A DNA stretch of 63,987 nt, filler included, from Dirinaria sp. TL-2023a (taxonomy: Eukaryota): NCBI GenBank assembly GCA_051941275.1. It is 9 parts of 9 records of this genome, joined end to end, with 100 filler letters (N's around TTAATTAATTAA, not from the genome) between each part and the next. Parts side by side here need not be neighbours in the genome. Positions count along the whole stretch, not along the records: positions 57,632 to 63,987 come from JAVEBF010001492.1; 8 more parts are not named here. One strand, written 5' to 3'. Of the stretch, positions 63,598 to 63,987 are shown one piece after another. The notes below the pieces were generated by a model. It ran no database searches, was not told the DNA's origin, and was given only the letters and a program-made list of their open reading frames with translations. The translations under genes and the position numbers were made by a program. Every line of letters starts with the position of its first letter. Position 1 is the first letter of the stretch.

Positions 63598-63790
63598 TAC
63601 CTTAGCGAAGATATACGATTCCATGGGACCGAGAAGGGGCAGTAGCCCTGGAAAACAGTATCGTAACGATTCATAAGGTGTCTATACAGTATCTACACAG
63701 TAATTTACGACTAATAAGGGTGTCTATACTGTTTTTCAGGAGCCACCGCGCCTTCTCGGTCCCATGGAATAGTATCTCTTCGCTAAGGTA
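63598..63790. mobile_element. MITE-like element with about 64-bp terminal inverted repeats and TA at both ends
   Basis: Left arm TACCTTAGCGAAGATATACGATTCCATGGGACCGAGAAGG...AAAACAGTAT (63598-63661) matches the reverse complement of 63726-63790 with few mismatches. The spacer is non-coding. Confidence 0.7.
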
Positions 63791-63987
63791 CAATATCTTT
63801 CCCAAACATTCCTAAACGTAAGATCTTACCGCACACTTCCGAAAGAATTTTGAAAAATATACACATCGAATTTGCAAAAAAGCCCACTAAATGAATAAAC
63901 GCTACAAACTAAGGTAACTACCTACCAAAGCACCATCCCCGCTTGTTCGAAACAAAAAAAAAAAAGTGGTAAGATTAACATCTTCCA

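Overview
This is filamentous ascomycete (Pezizomycotina) genomic DNA with short GT-AG introns. It is not one locus: nine contigs are joined by artificial N44-TTAATTAATTAA-N44 linkers, and the complete ones are sorted by decreasing length (7126, 7110, 7102, 7102, 7091, 7086, 7083 bp), so neighbourhoods across linkers mean nothing. Most genes are housekeeping (TEL2, UBA3, RPC40, NAF1, ALG9, NMA111, BRX1, CCP1, phospholipase B, two mitochondrial carriers, GH27 alpha-galactosidase, UBR7/Mlo2-like, MCM2, PAR32-like, CBS-domain and BAH-PHD proteins). The main items worth a second look are: (1) a three-gene catabolic cluster (BVMO, DUR3-like symporter, DszA/NtaA-type luciferase-like monooxygenase) with a TA-flanked 7-nt frameshift and an in-frame TAG at a probable Trp position; (2) a hidden Myb-like+PHD gene with a second TAG-for-TGG, meaning either pseudogenisation or A-to-I stop-codon correction; (3) a 193-bp TA-flanked MITE-like element whose ends match a TA-CCTWAGG-TA motif that recurs in intergenic DNA; (4) a SesA/HeLo-like fragment missed by the ORF track; (5) GC-rich gene ends with low-complexity introns at contig breaks. 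All calls are from visual inspection, with no database searches.
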